From the NCBI GenBank assembly GCA_000934665.2, contig JYFJ02003042.1, forward strand, positions 1 to 47,024: a stretch of DNA of 47,024 nt, given 5' to 3'. Within the stretch, counting starts at the first letter, position 1; each line of letters opens with the position of its first letter. Below, in pieces: positions 9,168 through 20,600 of this stretch. The notes beneath the pieces were generated by a model that made no database searches, had not been told where the DNA came from, and was given only the letters and a program-made list of their open reading frames with translations. Source of the stretch: Catajapyx aquilonaris. Its lineage: Eukaryota. Made by a program: the position numbers and the translations under genes.

Positions 9168-12100
9168 TTACAAGTCTTCTAGACCCAGGAAATGCTTGTG
9201 CCAGGAGGTGCCTTGAAAGTCTTGTCGTCTTTGGTCCAGGCCCCTTCCTCCTGCCCCACCTGCTGCGGCTCCTCTATTCTGTATCATTTCGTGCAGACGG
9301 GCCACTGTAGATGCCACTTGTTGGTTCATGACTGCATCGGCATGAACCTTGTTGCGACTCTTATGCCTCTTGGACAACTGGATCTCGATCACTAGGGCAA
9401 CCATGGCCACCGCCAAACCAATCACTGTTATGATGAACACGCCTCCTGCGAAAGAAAGAATGGAATAAAATAGAAGCATACATGAATATTAAATTGTTAA
9501 TTAAATTAATATTACATAACTATAAGTTTTGCTATAATAAATTTGGATGAAAAATATTAGGTACGGTTGTGTACTTGTGTCTATTTAAATGAAAGGCAAG
9601 TTTCCATATGTGCATAAAAGGCAGACTCTAATTACACAATGTACGCATATGAAAATGAAGTACATGGAAGAACAAATATTTGCTTTGAATTCATATTCAG
9701 GTAAAATAATTAATCAATGCTTTATGTCAGGCGCATAGATATATAATGCCCACGTATGTAACAGCTCTCAACAGTGATTACGTTTCGCTTTCCCTTACTC
9801 TATTTTGCAATAAAAATAATTAATAACGTGTCTGCAAATAAATTGATGGACTGTGCTGAGTAATATTGTGTGGGAGTGCAAATACCTGAAATTCATCAAA
9901 TTGTGGGAATGAAGATGTATTCAGCTGCACACAAACGTTGAAACCAATTAACTGGGAGTTTAATGTGATGGATGGGGGATTTGAAGTGTATTGACATGGC
10001 TGTTTGTGTATACAGGCAATGTTTACGGTACTTCCCAGACATGCTCCACAGCATTTAATTGCTATTGATATTTAGGACTTACGTTGTCAGCTAGATAATT
10101 ATATGCATTACCCAGAGAATTGATTTTTTTTACCTGTAAGATGATCATAATTATTTTTATTCTTCAATATAACCAGCAGTTGTAATGCAATTCGAAAATA
10201 TTATTGCTGCGCCAACACATAATTTGTGTTCACTTAGCACTATTGAACCAGCTGTCCACAACATGATTAATCGATACAGTTTATTTAAGTACCGCGACAA
10301 TCAATTTAAGCTAGAGGAACATATGTGCACTCTTCCAGCACCCGCAAAACTTCAAAAGAGGACGGAAAACTCTTTATTTAGGCGCAAAGTAACCCGAAAT
10401 TAGCAAAGTCTGAGCCGGAATTAATGGAAAAGTTTTCATGATATGCACGTCGGATGTTAAAGGCTTGAAAGTATAATGAAGGCTGATTATTATTCAGACG
10501 GACTTACCCAAACTTTGCAGAGTAATGCCGTCGCTGCCTTTGGCGCACTGATTCCTCAAAGTGATGTTCCAGTATTTGGATTTGAGTAACTCAAAGTACC
10601 GCTCTTTTTGTAGCTCCAGTATCCTGAAAAGCATTTAGAGAATTCACTTACATTGGAATGCAATTATATTGAGAGTGCGGAAACTTACTGGTGACTGATG
10701 TTTTGCTGGAGAAAACTGCCTTGCTGAACCGCAATTGCGTATGGTTGTTCCGCAAACGATTTGCCAACTTCGGTCAGATTGCAATTTTGAATCAGGTCGT
10801 AACTCAACAAGGCTGTGTCGTCAATGAAGGCGAAGAATCCATTCTCGTCGTCTATGACCTTTAGACACGAAAATGTCAGGAACAAAAAATTACAGCCGTT
10901 TACAGCATAACAAAATCGGAGAACTTACCCGTTTAATACCTTCCTGGTATGACTGTACTGGATTTGAAGCCTGAATTGTTTCTAAGATTCCTTTGTAACT
11001 CTCTTTAATGGGATAGTCCCATACTCGATAAAGTCCTTCATCTACAGCTGTAGTGAGGGTCAGTTCTTTCCACATCCTGCGACACAATAACATTCATGAT
11101 TATTAGTCCACCCAGCGGGCTCCTATCCCCAAAAGGCATACCTGAATAGCTCATCTTCGGCGTGGGCCATGTTGATAAAGTACTTGTGAGTCCAGGAATT
11201 GTTGACAACCGAATAGTTGATCTTTGACTGTCTGGAGAGCTCCTCTAGAGACTGAACCGTCGTTTGCATTCTCTCGACGGTCAGAAAGGCGGCCAGATTG
11301 GCTGTGAAAGTGGCCAGCATGAGGACCACAAAGAGCCAATAGGCAGCCACCAAAGTGCGTCCTGAAAGAGCTTTCGGGACTTCCCCGCCTCCCTGGGGAG
11401 TGAAGGATGTCAGAGCGAACCAGAAGCTTTCTTTCAAGTTGAATCGTCTGGCTCCAGGGAACTTTTCCTCGTTGTTTTGGGCGCTAAATGGCGAGTATGT
11501 GTCCAGTACGCACAGGAGGATTGCTGTGACCACCACTGCCGCTAATATGATCATCCAAACCTCGATTTTCAATACGGTCATGAACTTGAACAAAGACTCA
11601 TTCTTTACTGGCTGCCGTATGACTGCAGGAAAGAAAGATCAATATTATTTGCATTACTGTATGATGCGCCAAACAATAGTTAGATTTAAAAAATGTTTCA
11701 ACGCACAGTTTTACGACTAAAGGTCGGTCAACTCAAATTAAGACAAATTAAGACAGAAGATTTTCAATTACAAAATGCAAATAGGGGATGTCCCTAATCT
11801 ACACTGTAATATGCACTAAAATGATTACCGATTGATATTCCAGACTTGGCGAAATAAGGTGCCACATAATCGATCACTTCGTCACGTTCGGCTGTCATGG
11901 TGAGGTCGGCTATGACGATGTCTAGATCCTGAAAAGTTACAGGTTGTGCCATCAGTAACCAGAATATGGAATGTAATGAGGCACTATTTTACTCGTAATT
12001 TATGTAATTACCCCTCTTGCAAGCTTCCCAACTAATCCGGTCCAACTTCCGTCTGATCCTCTGACTCCCAATGACTCGTTGGGATCAGCCACATCCAAAT

Positions 12101-14729
12101 CGTAGTCGAAATCCATAAGTTCAGAGAGTCTCTGAAGAAATTCGTAGCAATATCCTATCCAGCTTCCATTAGCGTGTTTCATTAGCCATGGAGAATGCTG
12201 TGAAGCAATATATTTGATACACCCTGTACAGTATGTTCAAAATAATCCAAAAATATCGCATATTTTTTTATAGGCGTTTGGGACTCTCATTGGATGCTTT
12301 CTAAATAATTTTACTCAAATTGTAATTGTTTGTATGACTTCCCTTAGCTTAGAGTAAGATGTATAATTTGTATACTTAATTTTTATGCAACTCACCTGAG
12401 CCAAACCGACTCGAAACAGCCTCCTGACCTTCGGTGGGTCAACCTCGATGTTCAGTCCTTTGTCCGGCGTCCAACTGCCAATCTTCTGTTTAGTTTTATT
12501 GACAAAGATGCTGATGTCGAAAGATATTCGAGGCAACAATGTCTCCATTGCCTCATCATACTTGTAGTCATGACCGTTGCTGGTGGTGACAACCTGCCAG
12601 ACACAGTCACAACAGTAAGAGATTTGTGACCTGTTGCTCACTTAATTGCCATTCAGTCAGGACTAACCTCTGTAAATTTCTTATTGAAAGTAGCCTGCAT
12701 ATCACTGGCTCCATCTTCTCCTTCCTCCTCTTGACATTTGTCCACACTGGTCGCCAGTTCAATTCCACTCTGCTGTCTTAGTTCCTGAGTAGCCTGCGCT
12801 AAAAGGATTGCCGAATTCTCCACAAACTCTTCTATCACCTGCGCATACAATTATTAAATTAATATCTTCCCTTGTAATAATTTGAGAAAATTGTCTCCAA
12901 CCTCTCCTCTGCATGTGCAGATTTGTTGTGTCTTGTACTGGCAGCAGTTTTGCTTGGACATCTCTATCAGTGTCGCATAGTCTGGAATTGTTGCTCTGCC
13001 CAATTCAGCATATCTGAAGTCTGTGAACACTAGTGTCCACGTTCCAGGTCGTGGCTTGATTACATCAGCGTTGCCACTCATCTGAAATTTACAGAACATG
13101 TCGGTTAACTTTCTGGTATGTCCATGAAGTACAGTATGTAATTACTCCAGAATAAATGGGGTGCACACCTGATGCAAAATGAGTCCGGTTAGCTCCGTGT
13201 CAGCCACCGTGACGTAAAACGACGGGGGTGGTCGCATCTGCTTCAAAACTTCTATCGACGGTGTGTTTAGTTGGTGTAGGAGCAAAAATCGCAGCGATGA
13301 TCGTCCCACGAGGTAGTACAGGCTTTGGTTCTTTTCTGGAGGCAATAAAACTATTCTGTCAATTTTTCGCTTTTCATCCTTGCATGATGCAACCCAATAA
13401 TGCATTTTTTTTAATTAGCTCCATTTGAAAGAAATCTGGATAGTGTAGGGTGGAATAACCAGTAGGACAATCCCTATTAAGTTGGCCACAAATTTTGCAA
13501 TTTTTATTTTAATTTAAGTGCAATTTAAATTTTGTTTACCCAGACACCCCAGCTGACTTACGTGCATCTGTTTCAAATATGAAGGTGGCGTCTAGTGCGT
13601 CTCGTATTTGCAAATATTCGTCAGCGACTTGTACGAAGGGTCTGACTGAGGCGTCGACGTGCAGGTACAGTATCCCTTGCTTTCGAGCCATGTCTCGAGC
13701 GAATTTGTATCCTCCTGCTGTCAGATCCACTATTCCATTCACACCCTGCGCCAAAGCCTGACAACCTGTAATTATTACACAATAAAAAAATTAACACACA
13801 CTTTGTATACTATGACATTCAAGACATGAAGTTGCATAGGTCTCCATCGGAGTATGTTAACAATGAAGCAATTATGTGCTAAGTACTTAGTACCAATTAT
13901 GTGCCAATACTTGGTACTTTCGTAGCTATAAAAGTGCCCAATCAGATTTCGATCAGTTTCTTTTACGAGGTGTGTTATATGCCAATATAACGTCACTACA
14001 GCTTTGCGTGAGACATGTTACAGGTATAGCCACACCGCCTGGTGTTGCCACAGGTTTTTTTTGATTAAATATGTACAGCAGGAACGAGGAACCGGGAAAT
14101 TATTTAATATCACGTGTCTCTTCCTTGTACAGAATTCCGAGAACACGTCCACAATGAAACGCTTAAAATCGGTGATATCTGTGCAAAATTTTGGATTAAT
14201 GCTGTCCATAGATTGTAATTATTGTAAGTTCAGGCTTACGTGTTCACACCTGGGGCACACTGGTAGATCCTGATGTGTAAGCGGGAGGCGCATGCGTGAC
14301 TGGAGCCGCTACAGTCACGCATGCGCCTCCCGCTTACACATCAGGATGTGACTAATCCATCATCAGCTCTGTTCCCTAACACATTCATATCATCTAGTAT
14401 TGAATTTTTAATTGTAAAAAAAATTACTAATTCAAATTAGGCACTAACCTGAGCTCCTAGAGTCTTCATTCAATCTCCGTGCGTACGTGGTAGGTATCTG
14501 ATCAAACCTTTCATTATGTCGTGTCTCCGCCACCTTCAAACCGCGTCCGAACGCAGCCTTGATGTTGTCCTGTTCCGCATCAAACACCGTCCCTGAAACA
14601 CCCCAAACACTTTTGACCTCTGACCTATCGAACCATCCACAATTAAAAAAAAAATCACTCACAAAGTCGTGTCGTCGCCATTCCAAATGTCACCCAACAA
14701 GCTGCGAGGATGACCAAACTCGCACTCAT
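9168..14729 (-). CDS. Ir8a: Ionotropic receptor co-receptor IR8a-like, paralog B (complete, ~869 aa)
   Basis: 14 GT-AG, frame-consistent exons: 14663-14729 (signal peptide MSASLVILAACWVTFGMA), 14449-14592, 13562-13765, 13169-13335, 12902-13081, 12668-12838, 12396-12593, 12012-12197, 11829-11928, 11142-11622, 10929-11076, 10689-10858, 10508-10623, 9168-9445 (2610 nt). Motifs: LKESFWFALTSFTPQGGGEVPK, ATFTANLAAFLTVERMQ, YRVWDYPIKE, NCNLTEVGKSFAEQPYAIAVQQGS, ILELQKERYFELLKSKYWN, GITLQSLGGVFI. Several exon lengths (144, 204, 167, 180, 198, 100) equal those of paralog A. Confidence 0.93.
14267..14347. repeat. Perfect 36-bp inverted repeat (81-nt hairpin) in intron 2 of IR8a paralog B
   Basis: atcctgatgtgtaagcgggaggcgcatgcgtgactg-gagccgcta-cagtcacgcatgcgcctcccgcttacacatcaggat. 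Confidence 0.9.
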
Positions 14730-15391
14730 GATGTGACAACCCCTTTTTTTCACGCCATGTTGGATCTATCTTAGATCAATCTATTGGGGGTGTACAAACC
14801 TTTGAAAAAAGAAAAAAAAATCCAATGTCCGGCACTTGAGGCCGCAAGAAGGACACTGGAAAGTTGTGTTTGTTTTTTCTCGAATCCAAGCGCGGAACTA
14901 ATGACGTTCGAGGCTTCTGTTGTTAGGTGTGGTAGCATTTCGTGCTAACCGGTCATAATAAATAGAACGGTAGACAGGTCTATGTGGGCGATAGACATTG
15001 GCAACGGCATGGATTAATGAGTCCCAGAGGGTATTACCTATAGAGGTTCTTATAATATGCATCGAATGTGTTGCACAACATGCTTGAGTTTTTATTGATA
15101 TGCACAAAATTTTACACAATTGATGATGGAAATATTTGAAGTACAAAAAACCGGTTCTATTATTGACGTATTGGTCGATAACTGGAGTATTTTTTATAAA
15201 TACTTGTTTTTACTAATTTTTGCGTCAAAATTGTGGAAGAACAAGTCTCGTCCGATTTTAGTTCATTTAAAAAAAATAATCAAAAATCGGTCGAGTTTTT
15301 CACTCAAAATTTTTTAGAGTGTAGAATTCCGCCGGCTTTAAGTCTTGACATGACCTGGAAGATGTCACCACACAGTGTGACATTTCTGGAT

Positions 15392-17553
15392 TTAGAAAAA
15401 TGCACCTCCGCCGCCACTTCCGCTTCCGCCTCCGCTTCCTCCTCCACTTCCGCCGTGATGACCATGGTGACCGTGGTGTCCGTGATGACCCTTCTTGTAT
15501 CCATGACCCTTCTTGTAGCCGTGGTGACCGTGATCCTGATGACCTTTCTTTCCATACTTGTTGTGGTGTCCGTGGAACCCTTTTTTGCCGTGGTGACCGT
15601 GGTGACCTTTGTGACCCTTGTGGTGATGTCCGGCGTCGTAGTGACCATTGTGCCCGTGGTGCTTTTGATGTCCGCCAGCCTTGAATTTTTAAAACGGTTA
15701 ATAATATTGTAGGTAATGGGTATCAAATAGGTATGAAATGTACCTTGTGATGTCCTCCGTGGTATTTCTTTCCTTCGTGATCGTGATGGTGTTTCGCGTG
15801 ATGCCCTTGCGTACCGTGGTATCCGTCGTCGTGATGATCGTCGTAGAACTTGGCTGATTTCGAGTATTCGTCCTTGTGGTAAGTGTTTTTGTATCCCTGT
15901 AACATCATTACTCTTATTAGTCTCCATTACTCATTGCCAGCACCTTATCGACATATTTGGCCTCCAAATTAAGTCATATAAGAGGGCCTTCAGCTATACT
16001 CACCGTGACGTGGTGTCCCTTCTTGTGATGACCTTTCTTTCCGTACTTGTGGGCATGAGCGGCCTTTGACCCGTGGTTATGGTCACCATGATGATGGTCA
16101 CCGTGGTGTTGATGGTTTTGATGATGACCCTTGTCGCCGTAGTACCCCTTCTTGTGTCCACCCTTGTGCTGACCACCGTCGTACTTGTGATGCCCACCTT
16201 CGTCGTGGTGCTCGTCGTGACCCTTGTGACCATGCTCATCGTGACCTCCATGGAAGTGGTCACCGTGGTGGTCATCGTGACCAAACTCGCTCTGCTGACC
16301 TGAGCTATGCCCACCATACCCACCACCGTACCCTCCGCCATAGTGACCTGGGGTCAATAATTTATATATTAATAATAAACAATTAAATGAATAAATAATA
16401 TAAATAAAAAAGTTTTTATCGATGATACTAAACAGAGTATCGAACTCGGTGGGTTGACTGACCTGTGGCTGAAGGTTGGAGGTCCCTGCCCTTTGACCTG
16501 ATGACCTCGACCTCAGCCTGGTTTGCCGCGACTTCAGGCTCAGGGTCGATTTCTTCCTTGAATTCGGCCGACGATTCCACCATTGTGATTTCCGTCGCTT
16601 CCAGCACCAGCGGGGATATTTCAATGTCGAAAGTGTCGGAGGTCATGTTTTCTGCCGACACCAGGGCAACAGCCTGTAACGGACGGGGGAAAACCAGTTT
16701 CGTTTTTTTTTTCTTCAATTCGACTCGCTTGGAAGGTTTAACAGGACAGTGTCATGTGTCATATGTCACAAAGAGATTCGGAAAAGCGTGGCTCCACACA
16801 ACCGTTAGAATCGTATAAAGGTGAAGGCTATTTTTGTTTCAAATAATTTAAAATCAGCCAGATTCTAACAAATGTGGACCCTATTGTTATGTATTCAGCA
16901 TTGTTAGTCGTACTGACATCTGGTCACAATATCAGAATTAAAAGTGTAATTATTAATAATTAAAGAACACGCTATTATAAGACTGAATACATTCAATTGC
17001 ATTGCATAAATATTGTAAGCCAGAATATTAATATTAATGATATAAAAATGTAAAATATCATAATGTGCTTGAAATTGAATTTACTTCACATTAATCATTA
17101 GTCACATTGTTGATACTAAACCAACTATAATTAAAGGCATGTGTACTATTAAATGACTGAAAACATTCCATTGAAGACCGTCAGTTGTTATCAAGAATAT
17201 TAAAATTAATAATATAAGAACAAGCCATGTAAAATATCATTTGGTTTAAATTAAATTGAATTGAATTTACTTTACATTAGTCACATTGTTGATAATAATT
17301 AATCCAACTATGGCACATACTAAAGACTGAAAACATTCCATTGAAGTACATCAATTGTTAGCCAGAACATTAAAATTCAAAATATAGAAATACATCATGT
17401 ATATAATTTACTATAATTTACTTTAAAATGCAATAGGGGTATGTAATTTATGAAATGGGGGCCAAAATTATGAATCAATATATTTAAAATAATAATAATG
17501 ATCGTATGATTATGGACGACAATCCTCACCCAAAGGCACAGAAACAGTCTCAT
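15392..17553 (-). CDS. Secreted histidine/glycine-rich protein (arthropod DUF4779-like), ~339 aa
   Basis: Exons 17530-17553, 16463-16673, 16004-16347, 15744-15896, 15392-15679 (1020 nt, all GT-AG). Signal peptide MRLFLCLWAVALVSA, then an acidic segment, DLQPSAT, GYGGGYGG, an H/G/K-rich body with KKGHHKKGHHVTGYKNTYHKDEYSKSAKFYDD (a motif I associate with DUF4779 proteins), and a GS-rich tail. Confidence 0.88.
16981..17390. repeat. AT-rich tandem repeat, ~172-bp unit, ~2.4 copies, in intron 1 of the His-rich gene
   Basis: gactgaa(t/a)acattc(c/a)attg recurs at 16981, 17155 and 17325, with shared atgtaaaatatcat, ttgaatttactt and cattagtcacattgttgata blocks. Confidence 0.8.
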
Positions 17554-17653
17554 CCTGTAGTGGTGTCCAACACTGTTAATCACATGTAGACCACTGTACC
17601 GCCACATCCACCGAACTCGAGCCGACTCATGACACCGTCATCAACACTTGTCC

Positions 17654-17661
17654 TTTTTATA
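17654..17661 (-). promoter_or_regulatory. TATA box of the His-rich gene
   Basis: TATAAAAA on the minus strand, about 105 nt upstream of ATG 17553, in a non-AT-rich context. Confidence 0.6.
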
Positions 17662-20600
17662 CGACCTGCGACGGTTACGACCAACCAACTGAAGCAACGT
17701 TTTTTTTTCTTCTTTCAGTCCAAAGCCGTATTTTTCTTTCACCATGAAACGGTAGGCAAGACAAGACTCCTATCTGGCCATGGCCTGAGAAAATTGTTGG
17801 GCGGGATTTAGGCGTGGTTAGAAGGACCCGATTGTTCACGGGGTAGAAGATGTAGTGACGTTTGGCGACATCGACGTAGTTCCGACACTGCTTTAATAAC
17901 GACAAAAAAAATATTTGAATCGGTTCGGTTGGCAAATGGTGAGGACAAACCTATAACTCTCACCGCAATTATATCTTCCCATTTTTTTTTGTTTCGAACT
18001 ATCATGGCTGAAAAATTGTCCCTTTTTTGGTGCCTTATTGCATCACAAAAGAACAAGTTTTTTTGGGGGAGGAAGGTCCATTGTGTCCTATTTTTTATGT
18101 AGAGTTGTAGCGATTTGAAAAGGAAAGTGAATTGACCCGCCCCAGAGGATTTTGGGCAAGAAAAAAAAAATCGGCGGAAAATCTTACATCCGTCAGTTGC
18201 ATGGATGCAATTAGTTGAGGTCAAGTAGTGATATCCTGTTATTTGTTGGATTGAAGGATATTAATTATTTTTTTGGAATAAAGGTGACAAAGGTGTCCGA
18301 CCTGGTCATATCCTAGCCTCAGAAACACTTGGCATTGGAAATATCGAACGCCTTCTAAGGAAACTCGTGCTGTGGCAAAATGGACAGATGACACACATGA
18401 ATAATTAAATCCGTCCAATATGATGATCGAAGCTTATAAATCCTGCCCTTGAAGAGTACACACCAGTAATTACTACCTCGACTTTTAGTGCTGTTAACAC
18501 CCTGGCATTGTTCCCATTTTAGATCGACCCATATCTATGCAAGCGTGAAAAAGACATCCTGTTAAGAACTAGCTGAACATAGAATCGGAAGCCCAGTCGA
18601 GTGTGGTTTTTCTGAGAATGAAAATTGGATTTCATCCGGTTGCCTGAATGGTTGAGGTGTGAATGAAAACATTTTTTTGGGTGTCCATTCATCAGGCATT
18701 GTCCCTCCATCACATATGCGAGGCCGGAATAATTCGGCGTTAAAATTGTGGAATTATTGTCTTTTATCCTAGGTGGATTTCCATATCACGCCCAATGTTT
18801 CATTAGGGTCTCGTCCGGCTTTTTGGGATTGGCATTGAATGAAGGGTGAAGCGAAAATTGGGTGGCCTTATAAAATGGGTTTGGTTTGTGCACAATTAGA
18901 GCGGATATTCAGTGTGGGAAATTTTGTCTATAGAGTGAAAATAATGATCTGTGCAAATGATGGGGGATTAATAATATGGTTCTAATGAGAGGATTTTTCA
19001 TGGTCCTACCTGGTTACCTTTATGCATAGCAAATGGTGTATAACTTCCAAGTGAAATCAGTGCATCTCATAAAGTATCGACCCATTATATAACTAAGCAA
19101 TGTTATTATAGCATTTGTGGCTACTGCATTACTGTAACTTTATGACCGCAAATATAGACTGTTATGACGCACGCAGTTTTCAAATTAAATTTTTTTTTGT
19201 GTACAATTTACTTCGTTTAAAAATCAGAGGGGCTATTTATACCTGTAACTCATTATGCACTGTATGCAAGCTTACAGAGTACTATAATACAAATATTATT
19301 TGTTAGAAACTTCATCACAAGCCTGATAGCTGATTCGGTTCAGATAAGCCGAAGGAGAATGAATTTTAATTAAAAACTTGGAGAAAATATTTTCAAACCC
19401 CCCTTTTTTTACTCCACTCTTACGAAAACTTTTATTCGCAACCAACTATTGCGAAAAGCCTAGAAAGCAGCTCCCTAATTGCCCCATATTTTTCCTTCAA
19501 AAATTTTTTGGAGCTAAGAAGAAGACACCTCGTACCATTGTCCCGCCGCCTTATTACACCAAATGTGCACGACACCGAACTTATGCGTTTCATCAGACTG
19601 GGGGGGTTACGTTAATGAACAAATGGAGCATGAAAAAGGAAGCATTGTAATCCGTCATGCGCAAAAGGGGTGCTCCCCTGGTGATGTGATTTTCAAAGGA
19701 AGTTGGGATTCATTAAAGGGTCGAGCAGAGACATTAGTGTTCTTATTAGGACCATTAGTGCATGGCTTTGGAAGGGCCTAGAAGTACAGAGAAACTGGTT
19801 CGGAATTGAAAGAGATTTTGGTGCTTGTCACAGAGGGTGGATGGCCGGTCCAGATATCATGCACAGCATCATCATCTCCAAGCAGACAAAACAAAAACAA
19901 ACGAAGAAGCTTTCCCCACACTCTCCCTTTTTTTGAGGAGAAAAAGACACAATTGGACGCACTTCTTGGAAGAAAATTCTGTGGGACGTTACAGTAATCC
20001 TGGGGGGGGGGACTTCATGGGAAACTAGTTTATTATGCCACTTATCTGGTGAGTTGTGCCACCAGTGAGTTTTACATAAGATTTAATTTACGTCGATACA
20101 CTTTTATACCAGTTATCCCTTACCTTCTCATCGCTGTCTTCTATGTACCATACACTATAGTAGTATTAGCCAACCCTTGTACTTCATTCTCCCCACAATC
20201 CCATTTGTTATAACTTGGGCATCAATACTTATCTTCAACATTCTCTTTAAGTCTGTTTTAGAGAAATAACGATGTAGTTCAGGTTCTCAACCTTATCAAC
20301 CTTACCTTAATGAATGCAGTTTTTGGCCACAAAGAATGAGAGGTTTTCAACCCAACTCTCAAAGGTACTTAAGCTCCAGCAGATGGAGGGAAGAGTCCTC
20401 GAATTTTCGAGCCAAATTGCATGACAAACACGTCTTCCTCTTACGTCGTTGTGCCTCTTCTAATTGGGTGCAACAAAGGGTTCCAGTTTCGACTTGTAGA
20501 GAGAGAGAACCTGTCGTTTCTTTATGTATTATTGACAGGCATTGTTGTTTACTGCACAAGTTTACAGAGTGGCAAAGGAAGCTTCTTCAATCATAAATGC

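Noticed and set aside
676..11440. Recent gene conversion between the pore regions of the IR8a paralogs
   Set aside because: The protein is nearly identical but third codon positions differ frequently, which fits purifying selection.
15233..16386. Long V/T/M-rich + strand ORFs and the T-rich 207-aa minus ORF (15304-15927)
   Set aside because: These are antisense or alternate-frame shadows of the repetitive His/Gly codons of the real gene.
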